Source: Takakia lepidozioides
Lineage: Eukaryota > Plantae > Bryophyta
DNA length: 64,000 nt
Reading direction: 5' to 3'
Assembly (NCBI GenBank): GCA_030704615.1
Contig: CM060733.1
Location: forward strand, 42,904,001-42,968,000
Shown: positions 23,750-37,400 of the stretch, piece by piece
Layout of the letters: each line of letters opens with the position of its first letter
How positions within the stretch are numbered: the first letter of the stretch is position 1
The notes under the pieces: generated by a model
The model's database searches: none
What the model was told of the DNA's origin: nothing
The model's input: the letters and a program-made list of their open reading frames with translations, nothing else
Translations under genes and position numbers: made by a program

Positions 23750-26410
23750 CTTGTAGAGGAATTGAACCTCCAGCCAAATGAATGGCTCTGCCCCTTGTAG
23801 CACAAGTGCGATGCAAAAACAAGGTGAGTACAAAATGAAGAAGTACTTACGAGGTCCCCATCCCTGGGATGGGCTCCCACTTCTGCTCTGGAACTGTGCA
23901 GGCCTGAGTAGCACCAAATTGCATGAATCCTAAGCCTGAATGTCAAATGCAGGTTTATGTCGCGATGTAGCACGCCATCTTCTTACTTGTAGTTTCCAGT
24001 TTCACTGGTGTCACATTTGCCTTCAAGTCAACATCAAAATTAAGTCCACCTATGCGCAAATCGCAGAATCTCTCATGACACCATCTGCGTATCGAAAAAC
24101 TGGTTTGGCATGATATAATTGTAGTTCACAACCTTAATGAACGCTTTCAGCCTTTACCTCTCCGTGCGCTCCATCGTGCCTCCATCCAGCACATTCTGTA
24201 AATGTTGAATGACCAAGAACCCGATGTCACACCGTTATGAGAAGCCACTACGCGCGCTCACAGTATACGAAGGCCTTGCCGTGTCAGGATTTGCATTCCC
24301 ACGTCCCGCCATGTCCGACGCAGCACTTGCATCCTTGCCAGACAGGCCAGGTGGAGGCAGCATGTGTTAAAATATCTATTCCCCCAAGGCCACATTTTGT
24401 TTACCTCTTTTTGTGAAAGCCACGTCAGCAAATGTGCTGCCGAGTCATGGGTGCAATGAATGCGCAGTGGTTCATGGAGTCGTTGAATCGACTACATATT
24501 CACTTTAATGAATAAATATCTCTATTCCATTAATCGAATTAGGAATGAAAATTTGTAGTCGCATGTGCAGTAATTACAACCACTTGCAATTTTGGCTTTT
24601 TCAAATTTTGTCTGTTTCGACTCTCCAGTAGTCCCGTTTACTACCAAGTGGTTCCCGGAGTTGTCGTGGACATGCAGTCGATTCGAAAAAGACACGAATG
24701 CTTCTAGTGCCTGAGCCGAACACAATGCAAACAGCATTGAAATTCGCTTGAGCACTGTCGGCCATAAAACCAGCGAAATTTGGGGATGGGACACCATGAG
24801 ATGCCATCACGCGAATGAGACATCTCCACATAAGCTGCTGCAACTCCGCATCCTCCGATTGCATGTCACACACTGCAATAGACATGACTCGCTGGTAGAA
24901 AGGATCGTAAACATGGCACGCCATTGTTGTCCAATCTTTCACTCGTTTGACGTTATCAAACATAAGGAAACAGTTCTGCAGATCGTCATCTTTTTGCATG
25001 CGCTTGACAAGGCTCACTCCGCTGCCCTCCCCTGCTGTCGACATTTTGAAATTATACACTTTGTTGGATCTTTGACTTGGGAACACGCTGTCTTGAATGT
25101 AGTCGTACATGCTTCGAGATTTCAATTCCAAAATGTTATCAATATACCCTCTGTTTGCAGAGCCCATCCTCAATGCATTCACCTGGTTTCTAATGTTTGG
25201 TGAGCTCAAGGTTGAGAAGTGATCCATAACATTGTCCAAGGCATGCCCGTCCAGCTTCTTGCCCACAGAGTCCCCTACACTTAGAATATGGCTTTCCAGG
25301 AAACTCTTGCTTGCTCCAAGCACAATTGCGGAGGTGGTGGCTGTTGGATTGCTCTCATACTCCTGTCTTATCAATTTGGACATTGTTTGAACACTCTCCC
25401 TGCAATCCCCCTTCGCCACAGGATGGTTGTGGAATCCGAAATGTACACAGGCTCTAGTCATGTTTTTCAAACGGTGAACAACATAGTACTTGCGTGCTGC
25501 ACACACTGCCAGACATAAAGACGCTTGTTTGCAGAACTTGCAAACGAAAGTGTTGGAACTTGGAGGTGCCTCACCGGGTTTGAATGGATTTTCGGCGACA
25601 CCCTCTCACTCGCACTGGTTGTGAACCTTGAACCGTTGGAAATGCCTACAATTCAAATTCTCGCACATGAGGTGCCCATTCCACAGGCTTGTCCGGAAGA
25701 CGAGGTTGTCATGACTTTGAATATTGGATGTCTTTGTTCTGCACCACGGGTGTCCATCTCCTCTCTTATCCATTCCCTGCATGAGGCTAGTAACGGGTCC
25801 ATCCTGCCCAGGTGGAGGTAGCTCGAAGACGACATCCCCATCATAAGCATTTGGCAGGAACTCCACACACTCAGTAGGGACTGTCTCCCAGTCAATCCCC
25901 CGCAATTCACTCTGGAAACCGGGCATTCCTCCCATTGACTTCAGTTTAGGAATGACACTGATGAGGTGTGTCACTTCCGGTTTGACGACAGGCGGTGTTT
26001 GCACATAAATTGGGATGTTGGGAATGTCCTCGGAGGAGGAGTCTGAGAACTCAACTATTGGGGTGGAAGTAGTGGTCTCCGCCTTCACGACGTTATTCAG
26101 AACCAGCTGTTACCGGGGAGACATACGAACCATTGGACTGCCGCCGAGGAGCTCCGATGACCCTGTATCTTCCTGGAGGCACTCTCCACTGACTCACAAG
26201 AGAATTATCATCGAATTTCTGAAATGAGTACTTGATCAACTTCCCATGCACATCGTAGACCTCTTTTTCGAGGAAAACAGTGCCAATCTGGTACTCGAAA
26301 CGCGTTTCCAGGAGATGCTCCTGCGCAATTGCGTAACCATTGGAATCAGTATCCTTCGAGAAAGAGACAGGCTTCTCCGTAGAGTAAAACTCCGCTTTAG
26401 CCAAACCCAT
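23750..26410 (-). mobile_element. Mutator-like DDE transposase pseudogene with N-terminal Zn-binding (WRKY/GCM-like) and C-terminal SWIM-like remnants
   Basis: ORFs 26093-26410, 25606-26088 and 24601-25506: CENLNC...CKFC...CAARK...HFGFHNHP; LMFDNVKRV...VCDMQSED...FMADSAQANFNAV; FCTHLVF near 23830. Confidence 0.65.
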
Positions 26411-27080
26411 GGTGGAGGACGACTAATTCCAAGGTAGAAGGAGCTCGAAAGTGGAGAGGCCCAAGACTCCCGTGGATATCTTTCATCAATACATGACAGA
26501 CTCCTTGAAGAACAGTTGTGTAAACAGTTGCTAAAACAGATGTGAAACAGTTATGTGCCTGCCCATACCTAGTGCAAAAGACGGCTAAGCCGGAAAATCT
26601 GGGATATGTAATGTTTTCAGGGCCCAGACATTGCATTCATAGCACGGCTGCCAGAATGAGTGCAGAACCAATGAGAAGTTCTGAACCGCCGGAATGCGAA
26701 AATCAACTTGCACATGTATGGACATCAAATCCAGGGTATGGCCATATAGACATAAGAGGTGACAGCGTCCAGTGCAGAATGCACAAATGTTTCTGTGCTA
26801 CGTGGACACGTGTGAGGTGAACCCATGCATAACCGTCGCGAGCGTTGCCACGCCTGCATCCCCTCGCACAACGTTTTTGGGCCGAGCAGACCCTCATTTT
26901 CAAGCTGGAGACTAGTAGGAGACTCAGTTCCCACCGAGAGAGCGGCAGGCGTAGAAGGCAGTTTTTTTTTTTCACCGCAGCGCGAGAGAGGAAGAGGGCG
27001 AGAGAGAGAATGAGAGGTCGCAAGCTCAAGTTGACGCTGCAAGAGATAGCAGAGGAGAGTTTGGCCCTGGAGCAGAACAC

Positions 27081-29590
27081 ATGACGGCGCAGGACCAGGT
27101 GGTCGGAGCTGCTGAAGGAGGGGATGAAATACCATCAAATAGCGACACAGAGGATATGGACACAGAGGAGCCCGACGCTGTTGCTAAGGAGCCCACGCCA
27201 AAGGGGAAGAGTGTTGTTGAGAAGGAGGCGACTCCATAGAGGAAGCAGGCTGCGCAGACCTCCATTGCCGCTGCAACCAAGGCTTCAGGGAGTGCACCCC
27301 CGAAAGCACCGCATGTTATGATCTTCCTTCCTGTATTCTGCTGCAGTTTGAAGGGCATGAAATTGCGTGCGCTGACGCATGCAATTTCATGCCCTGCATT
27401 ATTGTCTTTTTCCACTTCAGAGTGGAGTGATGGACATCAACGTGGGCTACACAACAGGGCCTTTGAGAGCACCTCCTGAAAATTGCGTGCGTCAACGCAC
27501 GCAGTTTCTGGAGGTGCTCTCAAAGCCACTTTCTGCACTCAACATCTCTAAATGGAGCCATCAATAGAGGGAGATGGGCTGCATTAAAGAGATCTAAAAG
27601 GTCGAATGTGTGAGCACAAGAAGATCGTCTTAAATCCACGAGAGACACTTCAGAGAACCCACCGAAATTATGTGCGTTGACACACACAATCTCTGGGTTA
27701 GTACTTAAGCACAGTCTCTTGCGTATGGGTCTCTCATTTCTGAAAACAATGCACATGCATAGTCTGTAGAGGCATAAAAAATGTGTGCGTCAATGCACTC
27801 AATTTGTGACATTGCTTTTACATGGAGATTTTTTCTATTTCATTGCAGGCAAAGAAAAGGAGAGGTGTTCCCCTGGAGATGGATGAAGACGAAGAGCACG
27901 AACTGGTTGTTGTAGAGGAGGAAGACGATGGCAGGCCATACCATGACAAGGCAAAAGATTTGTTGTCGTTCTCGAAAGTGAACTCTGCCCAAGTCATCAA
28001 GGCCATGGGCGTTCCTGGGGGTAAATTAATGATCCCACTGTGCAGGTTGATCTCCATGCCGTTCGTCCGACCAGCACTCACGAATGACATTGCAAAGCTG
28101 GAACAAGATTTTTGCCATGGCTACATAGAGGGTCAGTCTGTGTTTTACGTCTCGTTGGGAGACGCCAATGGCAGGGAAGTCTTAGTAGATGAGACCATTG
28201 TTGGAGGCCGGGATCCAATTTGGCGACGTATCAACGAGGAGTTTGAATCAAGCATTTGCAAGAGGCTTGTTACACAGGCATTCTCAGGCAAGATGTTCCA
28301 TGTCTGGGATGGCAACCACCGATTGCTAGCCTGGCAGAACATGATATTGAGGTATCATAGCACTGAGGAGGAGTGACACTATTGTGTGGCCTCCATGGTG
28401 CTGGATCCCAAGGGAAACATCACTGCGCTCTTGACAGCAATGCATGACGTGAACAAGTAAGTGTCTTTCCTGAAATAACTCGGTTCTTTCCCTCATGTGT
28501 TTGGGAGTCAAATCGGACATGTCATGACATACCACTGCTTGTGGCAGGGGAACTGAAACCGCCCATGTTACAACAAACCTGGTACACACCCTGTTCAGGA
28601 TCTAGAATATTGGCCAAATGCCCCTCAGCACATTCAAGAGCATCCTCAGTCCAGAAAGCTTCGTGAAATGCCAGACCTCCAAAACTTTGGACACATGGTA
28701 CAAGCTGACAAGGGGAGCATTCATGGAATACATGTACACGGTTAGTATATCATCACCTAACACTTCCATATTCTAGTACAATTCAAATTATTCTTCTATC
28801 TAATTTTGGATTGGTTTTTGTAGCAAGAGATAGCGGAGGCTGGGGAGAGGGCCAAAATAGAGTACTACTTCAAAACCCCCGAGGGGATAAGAACATCGAA
28901 AGGAGTGGCTGAAGCAATGAAGTTAAAGATGAATGAGACTCGGAAGAAGATCATGAGCGCCTTTGTGAAACAGCTGAGAATGGCAGACCCTGCCTTTGGG
29001 CCTCAATTCTTGAATGAGGTGAGGAACCACTGGAACAACAATACGAAGCCAGAGATGACACGGGAAAAGCTGCATCGTTTGTCAACTGCAGTGGTGGATT
29101 CCGAGCAGAAAGTGAAATGGTTGGAGATTTGGAATTCTGACTCAAAAGTGAAGGACACATATTGCTTCCCAAGGGGGGAAAGAGACAAAAATACTGGCCA
29201 CATCAGGCCATTCAGCGATCAAGTTTTCGATACATGGCTACACAAAGCCACGTACTGGAGCCAGGTAATGTTGTGGACTGCCATATGTTGAATTTACAAA
29301 AGAATCTTCCCTAGTATGGACTTTAACGTTTGTATTCTGTCTGTTCACAGATTGAAGCTCGTGCGAACCAGGTGCTGGAGAAGCAGCTACATGCTTACAA
29401 GATAACGATGACCTTGCCCGAAGATACTATGGAGGATTACTTGAGACAGTGGAAGGCGACAGCGTGGAGTAACTGTTTCTTCAGAGAGTTCGCCAAGGAG
29501 GGGGGCATATCCCAGACAAAAGAGTTTGAGCAGCAGTTCGGAGCCGAAGGAGCCATGAAAAGGGTCCTGTACTTGGTGGATGTGGCACGG
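27081..29590 (+). pseudogene. multi-exon gene with a ParB/Srx-like domain, 3'-truncated
   Basis: ORF 27822-28376 IPLCRL...VRPAL..DIAKL...FHVWDGNHRLLAW. Further exons 28905-29265 and 29351-29590 have GT-AG borders. Several premature stops. Confidence 0.6.
27359..27806. repeat. four copies of a ~30-bp palindrome, consensus GAAATTGCGTGCG-T(TG/CA)A-CGCACGCAATTTC
   Basis: Copies at 27359-27388, 27478-27508, 27664-27693 and ~27777-27806. Confidence 0.8.
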
Positions 29591-29689
29591 TTGTCCAAAA
29601 TTATGCAATTTTTACTAGACGGGGTTTTTTTTTTTTTTTTTGGAAAAAGTCAACGGACCCCCGCGGGCCCTTAAAGGTTAATGTGGGTG

Positions 29690-30700
29690 CATATATGAAT
29701 GGGAAAACGAGTGCTTTGGTAAGGCGAGTGATTGATACTAATTCGGTTGAACTAGATGTTGTGTCTCGAAATGCCTTAACTGTAGAATATACGCAACATG
29801 GGTGTGGGATTGAGACTTTCGATACTTATGAACAAATGGTGCGGTAAGGGTTTCAGCCCAACCACATCATGTCGGTTTTCATTTGCAATGTGTGGGCAAG
29901 TTGTGCGGCCTTCGAGAAGGGCAAAGATATCCATGATGACATCTTCAATTTTCTGAATCTTTCCATACTTGACATGTACCCCAAATGTGGGTGCCAACGA
30001 AGATGCAAATCGAGTGTTTGACACTATGGCTGAATTAGACATTGTGTCTTCGAGTGCCATGACTGTATGATATGCCCAACCGCGTGGATGTAGGATTGAA
30101 GCTTTGAAGATCTACAAGCCAATGGTGGTAAGGATTTCAGCTCAACCACATCATGCATGTTGGTTTGCATTTGTAACATGTTGACAAACTAGACGAACCT
30201 AGATAATGACATAAAAAAACTCCCACGATGACATTCTCAGAGCCGACATTGGACCACCTATCATTTTTAACCCTGGTCTGCTTGACATGTATGCCAAATG
30301 TGAGTGCAAAAAGGTGCAAAGTAAGTCGTTGACAATGTGGCTGAATTAGATGTTGCACGTTTGGGAGTACCATGACTATAGGATATACACAACATGGGTG
30401 TGTGGATCAAGGCTTGGATATCTACAAGGAAATGGCACGTTAAGGGCTTCAGCCCAACTTGCACATCATGTTGGGTTTCAGTTGTAATATAATGTGGCCC
30501 TCATTTGTAGTATGTGGGCAAGTTGGGCAGCCCTGGATAAGAGCAAAGATGTCCATGGTGACAGTGTTAAAGCTCGAATTGCACCACTTGTAATTTTGAA
30601 TCCTACCCCGCTTGACATTTATGCCAAATTTAGGTGCAATAAGGATGCAAAGCGAGTATTTGACAATATGGCTGAACCATATGTTATAGGAGCATGTTAG
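29690..30700 (+). pseudogene. highly degenerate PLS-class PPR pseudogene
   Basis: Repeated remnants DMYPKCG / DMYAKC / DIYAKF...DAKRVFDNMAE, GFQPNHI, A.EKGKDIH. Confidence 0.75.
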
Positions 30701-33700
30701 ATATATATTATAATTACACTATATAGCTAGAGAAGACAATGAGGAAGGCTGGAATGGCTAAGTGCATTTTGTGAATAGTAGTCTCATATTTAAGACTCAT
30801 TGATGTACCCAGAAGTGACACTTTGTATTCATCATTGCTTTGTTGTCTCAATTCATGACAAGCACAGTCAGAGTTTTTTTTATAATTCGGAAAATAGCAC
30901 GAGTGGCTACAGAGTTTTGCAAAAATTAGGCATATATTCTGTTCATCCATTCAAATTAGGACAGAATCATCCACATCCATACTTTCATCCATTCATATCA
31001 TCCATATTGGCAAATTCATCCATAATTTTTATTTTTATTTGGAGAAATTTGGCGATTTCATCCATGAATAAACATGGAATTTGCTACGGAATATTTTTTT
31101 TCTATTTTTTGAGGTCGCCATTTGGCAAAAATTCGCCAAACAAAAAACGCTCAGCACATGTCCTCTTGTGCTAGGTTTCTCATTGTTGTGCAATCAATAT
31201 GTGATTAAGTTTTTGTCTTTTTAATGTTTAATTTCCCTGTTTTCAAACCCAAACAAAATAGACATAGTGTGTGTCATTTGTAAAGCAATAGTGTGTTGCC
31301 TAAAGAAGCTACAAAAACAAAGCTTTATTTAGCTGTTGTACAATATAAACGTGCGAAGAAATCATCGAACCGAACTGATGCAAATATCAAATTCTCGACT
31401 GCTAACAAAATGAATATATCTGTAGAAAGACCATCGTGGTAATCTCGTTCCTTGCCATGAGCACCTACACTAATAGAAATCTCATATTTTACGACTCAGT
31501 CTACGACTGGAAACCAATCATTTCAAATAGAGAGAGAAGACTTCGGCCGAAACCGGCGTAATTAAGAGTCATTTCGTCTCACGACCTGCTCCCTTTTGGG
31601 GGTGGGCCCTATAATGTAAGCAAGCTAAGCCTGCATGTGTCTAGGGGTAACCAAGGGATAGGGGTACCGAGGGAGGTTGGATTCTAGTTGCCGCTTATTA
31701 GTGATAATTGTTGTGAGGGACCGGAGCGCTATGAGGTGGATTGCCTTGAAGCATTTATGGATAGGAGAGATAGATATACTAAAGGCTTTGTGTTTTGCGA
31801 TAATACCGGCATTGTGGATGCCACCTCTAGTTCCAGCAGTGATGACGTTTAGTGGGCCGGTGACCCAACCTTGTTGGCGAATTGCGAGAATGAGCTGGGC
31901 ATATTTCTATCATTTGTCCCCGTCCTTATGCGACTTGCAAGGTATGAGTGCCAACAGCTGCAAGTTGGTTTGGACAACCCAATGGAAACGGACATTACGT
32001 TAGTTGTATCAGATTATAGTCGTTCAGATGACTGGGTGTATTTTATTGGGGAGCAGCCAGTGTGTGGAGCCTTCAAATTGACTTTTGACCAAGGGTTAGT
32101 TGGGCTTGTGACCTTATATTGTCGAATATCTTGTGATCACGTGCATCCTGCAGAAACCACTTGAAATTATTTAATGTACTTTTTGATGCAACTATCAGAA
32201 GTTTATGTGATCTGGATTGCGGAAAGTTTAGAGTTTGTAGTCATATTTACTAACAACAGCCAATTTCATATCTTCTTTGGGCTCTTTCTAACCCACCTTT
32301 CTACGATCTTCTTTAGGTGGATCGGTTTGATTTACATTTCCTTTTACTTATAGGATTTTATTTCTCCACTTGTTATTAGTTTTCTGTGGCTTGCCCGTGT
32401 CACTACATAACCTAGGTGATAGTGTCCACTTCCAACCGAAAGAAGGCATGCCATGTGACGAAGAGACACTATAACTTACGTTTACTCCCAGAGGAGTCTT
32501 CTTTCTTTCTTGTATATTGTGCCCACCCTTGAGAAGGGGCAACACCCCCATGGGGAAGAGGCTCTCATTTATGCTAGTTCTGGCTGGCGTCATAATATAT
32601 ACATATACATATATATATATTTCTCTCTCATCTGAGTCTTCATGTCTATGTCCTAAAGGGCTCATATTTGTGAAGCACCTCGCATGAGCTATTTATGCTG
32701 CGTAAATCTCTTCTTAAAAAAAGATTGAGGTTATATTTAGTCAAAACTTGAGCATTACGCTCTGTAAGCCACTGGCCTCACTATATTCCACCAAATAAGG
32801 CCACGCAAAACGCGAAACACAAAGGATTTGTTTTTGAAATTCTTTATGGGTTTATAGAGGATCTAGCAATACTTTTCTCCATCTATACAAAACATGCTTC
32901 CTACATTCCTCCAATGTCCTTGGAAACAGTTTGCACACAATTTCCAAAGAAAACCTCCGGGCCGATCCCAGATTCTCCAAAAGGGCTGTCACTAACGACC
33001 TAATAACCCATAATGTGATAACCCAATGTTTTTTTCTTTTTTCTTTTCCTTTTTTTTATAGAGAAAGGGGAGGGAAAGGGAGGAAGCCGCTAGAACTTTA
33101 TTAGGGATTATTGAAGGGAATGGCTTCTCTTGAGACGCCTGTCTCCCTGTCTTTGTTGTTTGGTATCGAAGCCGTGTCTTCTTGGGTCCAGCCTCTATGG
33201 CACTCAGCGTAAGAGGTTATTTTTCCCTCTTTGTACCTTCCTGGATATTTACATCCACCCATTTTATAAAATTCTGAGGCCTCAGTCCCTCTTCTCTAAG
33301 AAAAAAAAAAGAACAAAAAGAACAAAAAAAGAAGGTTAGTTTTTTTAAGAAAAATTAAAACCCTTACAATGTTGGGTTAATGTAATAATGATTATTACCG
33401 TGGGACACAGGTGGGAATTATTTGAAATGAGTTTTGTTGTGGCGGTCCTTGTCAAGTTGAGAAAAAAGGTCACAAGAATTGCAGTGCACACTCCCAAGAC
33501 ACTCACAAACTAAGTTATACCCCACACAATGCCAACCTAACCGGAAGCCTAAGCGCAGCACAGCACTGCACGCTCCTCAAGAGCAGCCAGCCAGAGAGAC
33601 ACAGACACACACAGCCATCACACTCACCTGCTCTGCAACACACAACACACACGCCTCTGCTGCACGCAATATATCGGAAGGAGGGGGGAGGGCACGGTGG

Positions 33701-33742
33701 GTCTGCGTTGCTGTGCTGCTGTGGGGCCGCCTGCGAGCTGCC

Positions 33743-33772
33743 ATGAGGAGAGCAAAGAGGAGCTGGCGATAG
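33743..33772 (+). promoter_or_regulatory. short upstream ORF MRRAKRSWR* in the CCR4 copy 1 leader region
   Basis: gccATG context; counterpart MRRGKRSWQ* at 51599-51570. Confidence 0.5.
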
Positions 33773-34332
33773 GTCGAGGGTTGCCGTTGGCCCCGGCGCA
33801 GCCCCCGAGTGGCTATTCAACTCTGTGGCATTGCCCATCTTTGCTCTGCAAAAAACGGACTCGTGCCTGCTCCTGGACCCAGTCTCGGCCATAAAGCGGT
33901 CTGGAGGGTCTGCAGAAAGTGGCAGGGAGGCCTGGAGCTGTAGATAGTGCAGTCAGAGAGCCTGTGGAGACAAGTGCAGTTTCTTTTGGAGGATGATGGG
34001 AACAAGTCTTGCCATTTTGTGAATGGTGACAAGGTCCGATGTCCTCCGTACCTATGAAGAAGAAACAGAACGTGAGGATATGGAAGCAGGAGTTGGATAT
34101 TTCCAATCAATTTGTGGCATGAAGCAGCTGCAGGCGGGAAAAGTAAACCCTAGAAAATTCATGACGTAAAACCTGCACAAAAACTTTGGGATGGTTGCGG
34201 ATGGCAACCTAAGATAACTGTCAAGGAGGTGCAGGACAAGAGAGTTGGCGAGTGCGCAGAGAAAGTGGATTAAGTGGAGTCCTTGGGAGGAAAAAGTGGT
34301 GGCGCAAGGCTGGCGGGGGTGGGGAACGCCTG

Positions 34333-34479
34333 ATGGCGGATCCGCCCAGCGTTGGCCTACTGTTTGCTGCTTTGTGTTTGAAGCTTGATACACAGATAGT
34401 GACGCCAGAAAGGTTGTTCGCAACGATTTCAGCAATAGCTGGCCAGAGGATAGAGGACGCGGAGGGGGAAGCATGCTGA
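34333..34479 (+). promoter_or_regulatory. 48-aa upstream ORF overlapping the CCR4 start codon
   Basis: MADPPSVGLL...VTPER...AGQRIEDAEGEAC*; ends gcATGcTGA; conserved in the paralogue. Confidence 0.65.
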
Positions 34480-37400
34480 GCGTGTTACGGGTGCACCTGC
34501 CGTCCGACATTCCCATTGCGGGCTGCGAGTTGTCACCCTATGTGCTACTTCGCCGGCCTGACCTCTCCATCACAACCGACGACATCCCCGAGTCCTCACC
34601 TGTCGATGGTTACTACCTGCGCTGTAGATGGTACTCTTCTTCTCTTTCATATACGTAGCCTGCATTTACCCTCACCGCTTCTCTATGCCTTCTGGATTCC
34701 CTGCCCTTTAAACCACTTCACCGCACTTCTTCCCAGCCCATGTAGTATATAAGGGGTTCATTCCATCACCTAGACTGCGACTATGGGTGGGGGAGCCTGT
34801 AAATATTGCACTTTCACTAAGTCTAAAAAGTTGGAAAGACATGTCTTTGTAAGGACAGACTGTAGTTTTCCCCCTGAAAAGCAAGTGGAGGGTCAGGCAT
34901 TTAATTTCCAGGAGCTATTGGTTCCATTCTTGAAGCTTAACATCCACATGAGATGATATTGGGGGCTTGGGCATAAGTGCTTGACAAATGCTGTATGCTA
35001 TACTGTATGCTCAGGTATCGCATTCAGAGTGACCAGAGGATTGCAGTCTGCAGTGTCCACCCATCAGAGCCGGCCACTCTACAATGCTTGGGCTGTGTAA
35101 AGGCAAAGCTTGCGGTGGCCAAGAGCTACCACTGCACACCCAAATGCTTTTCAGATGCATGGCGACACCACCGGACCATGCATACGCGCGCGGCCAGTGC
35201 TGCGCGCGAGAATGGGGCTGAGGAGGATGATCCTGTATTTGCCCGCTTCAATACCAACTCAGGAACAATTCTTGGAGGTGCAGGTGGTGGGATAGGCTCC
35301 ATGGGCAGTGCTGTGCCACCACCTGTTGTGCTTAGCAATGGTTCTGCATTTGCTAGCCCTGCAAGAATCTCGTCATCCGATGGGAATGGGGAAACCTGGT
35401 ATGAAGTGGGGCGGGGGAAGACCTATACCCCGACAGCTGATGATGTAGGCCATGTGTTGAAGCTCGAGTGTGTTGCAGTCGATGCAAGCACTGGGCTGGG
35501 AATTACCCCAGCCAGTACGGTGCTAACATCTCGCGTCATCCCTGCTCCCTCCCCAACTCCCCGCCGCTTGATTTCAGTCAACTCCACGGATGGGGCTGCA
35601 GCAGTGGAGATGGAAGGGCGCATGGGAGTGCCGGGAACATTCACTGTTCTTTCATACAACGTGCTGGCAGACTTGTATGCCACAAGTGAGATGTACAGCT
35701 ACTGCCCACCATGGGCACTTTCATGGGCTTACCGAAGACAGAATCTGTTACGGGAGGTTGTGGGTTACCGAGCCGATATTTTGTGTCTCCAGGAGGTACC
35801 GTTCTACTTCATTCCTTGTGCAGCTCTGATTTGGCAATTTTCTTTTTGAAATGCTGGTCCTCAATTATAGGGCTCAGCTTGGGTGTTTGGTCAGCATCAT
35901 CTGGGTTACGAGAGATGGAAGGCAGATGGTCTTTAGGTCTTTTGATAATTTGCATCTTTCGTAGGTGGTTGTTTGGATGTAACCTCGTTGGTGTCTAAAA
36001 TAATGCAGGCTTAGCCCCGCTGCTCTACCTCTTGACAGTTGTCGTTTCTTTTTTCTCTTTCCTATTTTAGAAACTGGGAGATGGTAAGTTTGTTCTTTGT
36101 AGGGGAGATATTTCTTTAGGAGGAAGGATGGGGGCAGAAGGAAGTTGTGGCCAAAAATCTTAAAGTGGACAGTGTTGGGGTATTGGCAGGTGCAAAGTGA
36201 CCACTTTGAGGAATTCTTTGCTCCTGAGTTGGAAAAGCATGGCTATGCTGCTGTGTACAAGAAAAAAACCGCTGAGGTGAAGTGCTCTTTTCTCTGATGT
36301 TGTTGAGTCGAAGTCTTGATTTTCCTAATGAAGCCAACGACTAACTAGTATGGATATTTTTGTGCCTTGATATTCCATTCCTCCTCTTTTTGCATGTGAA
36401 TTGCAGTTTGAGCCTTGAGTATGGGCCTTCTGTTTTCATGTGCATGCTCGAAGCTGGGGGCCCAAGTTGAACCTCTATTATGTCTGTGTGTACTATGTGA
36501 GCATTAGGTTAAAGAGGCAATTTTTTAAAAAACTGAGGTATTATTTGGAAGGTGAAGTCGCTAATGAAAACTTTCAAAGACTGGGCTGAGGCAGACTAGT
36601 TGGGAGATAAACTCTCTTGGCAGTGAACAGAAGCTCAACACATCTGAAAGTTATAACGTATTGACCTGATTACAAGAACTAACGTATCAAAGTTTAGGTT
36701 CTGGATTTTGGTCTTCCTGATAGGAGTAATGGAATAGGTCTTCTGGAATACACCACAAACTCCCTAATGAATCCTGATTGCTCTCTCTCTCTTTCAATGA
36801 ATCCTCTCTTTGGTTGAGAAAGAAGTTCCTCACACAATGAATCCTCTCTTAAACTCTCTTTGGTTGACTGTTGCAGATGTATACAGGCACTGCTTATGCA
36901 ATTGATGGTTGTGCTACTTTTTTCCGACGCGACCGCTTCTCTTTAGTGAAAAAATACGAGGTATGTGCTCCCACCTCCTGCCAATACTCCAAGTCTTGCA
37001 TTTGGAAATTTGTCCAACCTACTTTCATGTCTATGATGAATTTTGATATAGTATCATACCCTTGAGTCATTGGATGCATCGAATTTGGATAGTGGAGAAG
37101 GATTAGGGAAATGGTAAGTTCTCTGCAAGAGAGAGCAATCTGGATTCATTGTGTAAGGAACTCCATTCTTTGAGGGTAGTGTCTCAAATAAGCCTTTGCA
37201 GTGCTGAGATGGTGTAGCCTTGTTGGCGAGCATACATATATTATTTCCTTTATGGACTCCAAGAATAGAATTTATGGACAGTCTATGCTTCAAACATAAC
37301 AGACTGACTCTCCTGTGGCTCTCCTTGTGCCAAACAATTCACATCAGCATAATGTAATCTAATACTCCAGAATCATGAGACCGGATCTGAGGATGAGTTA

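Noticed and set aside
27359-27806. Palindromic repeats with unique spacers as a CRISPR array
   Set aside because: Spacers are long and irregular, orientation alternates, there are no cas genes, and the context is eukaryotic.
31600-32400. Possible L1-type relic on the minus strand
   Set aside because: Only a faint zinc-finger-like remnant; too degenerate to support.
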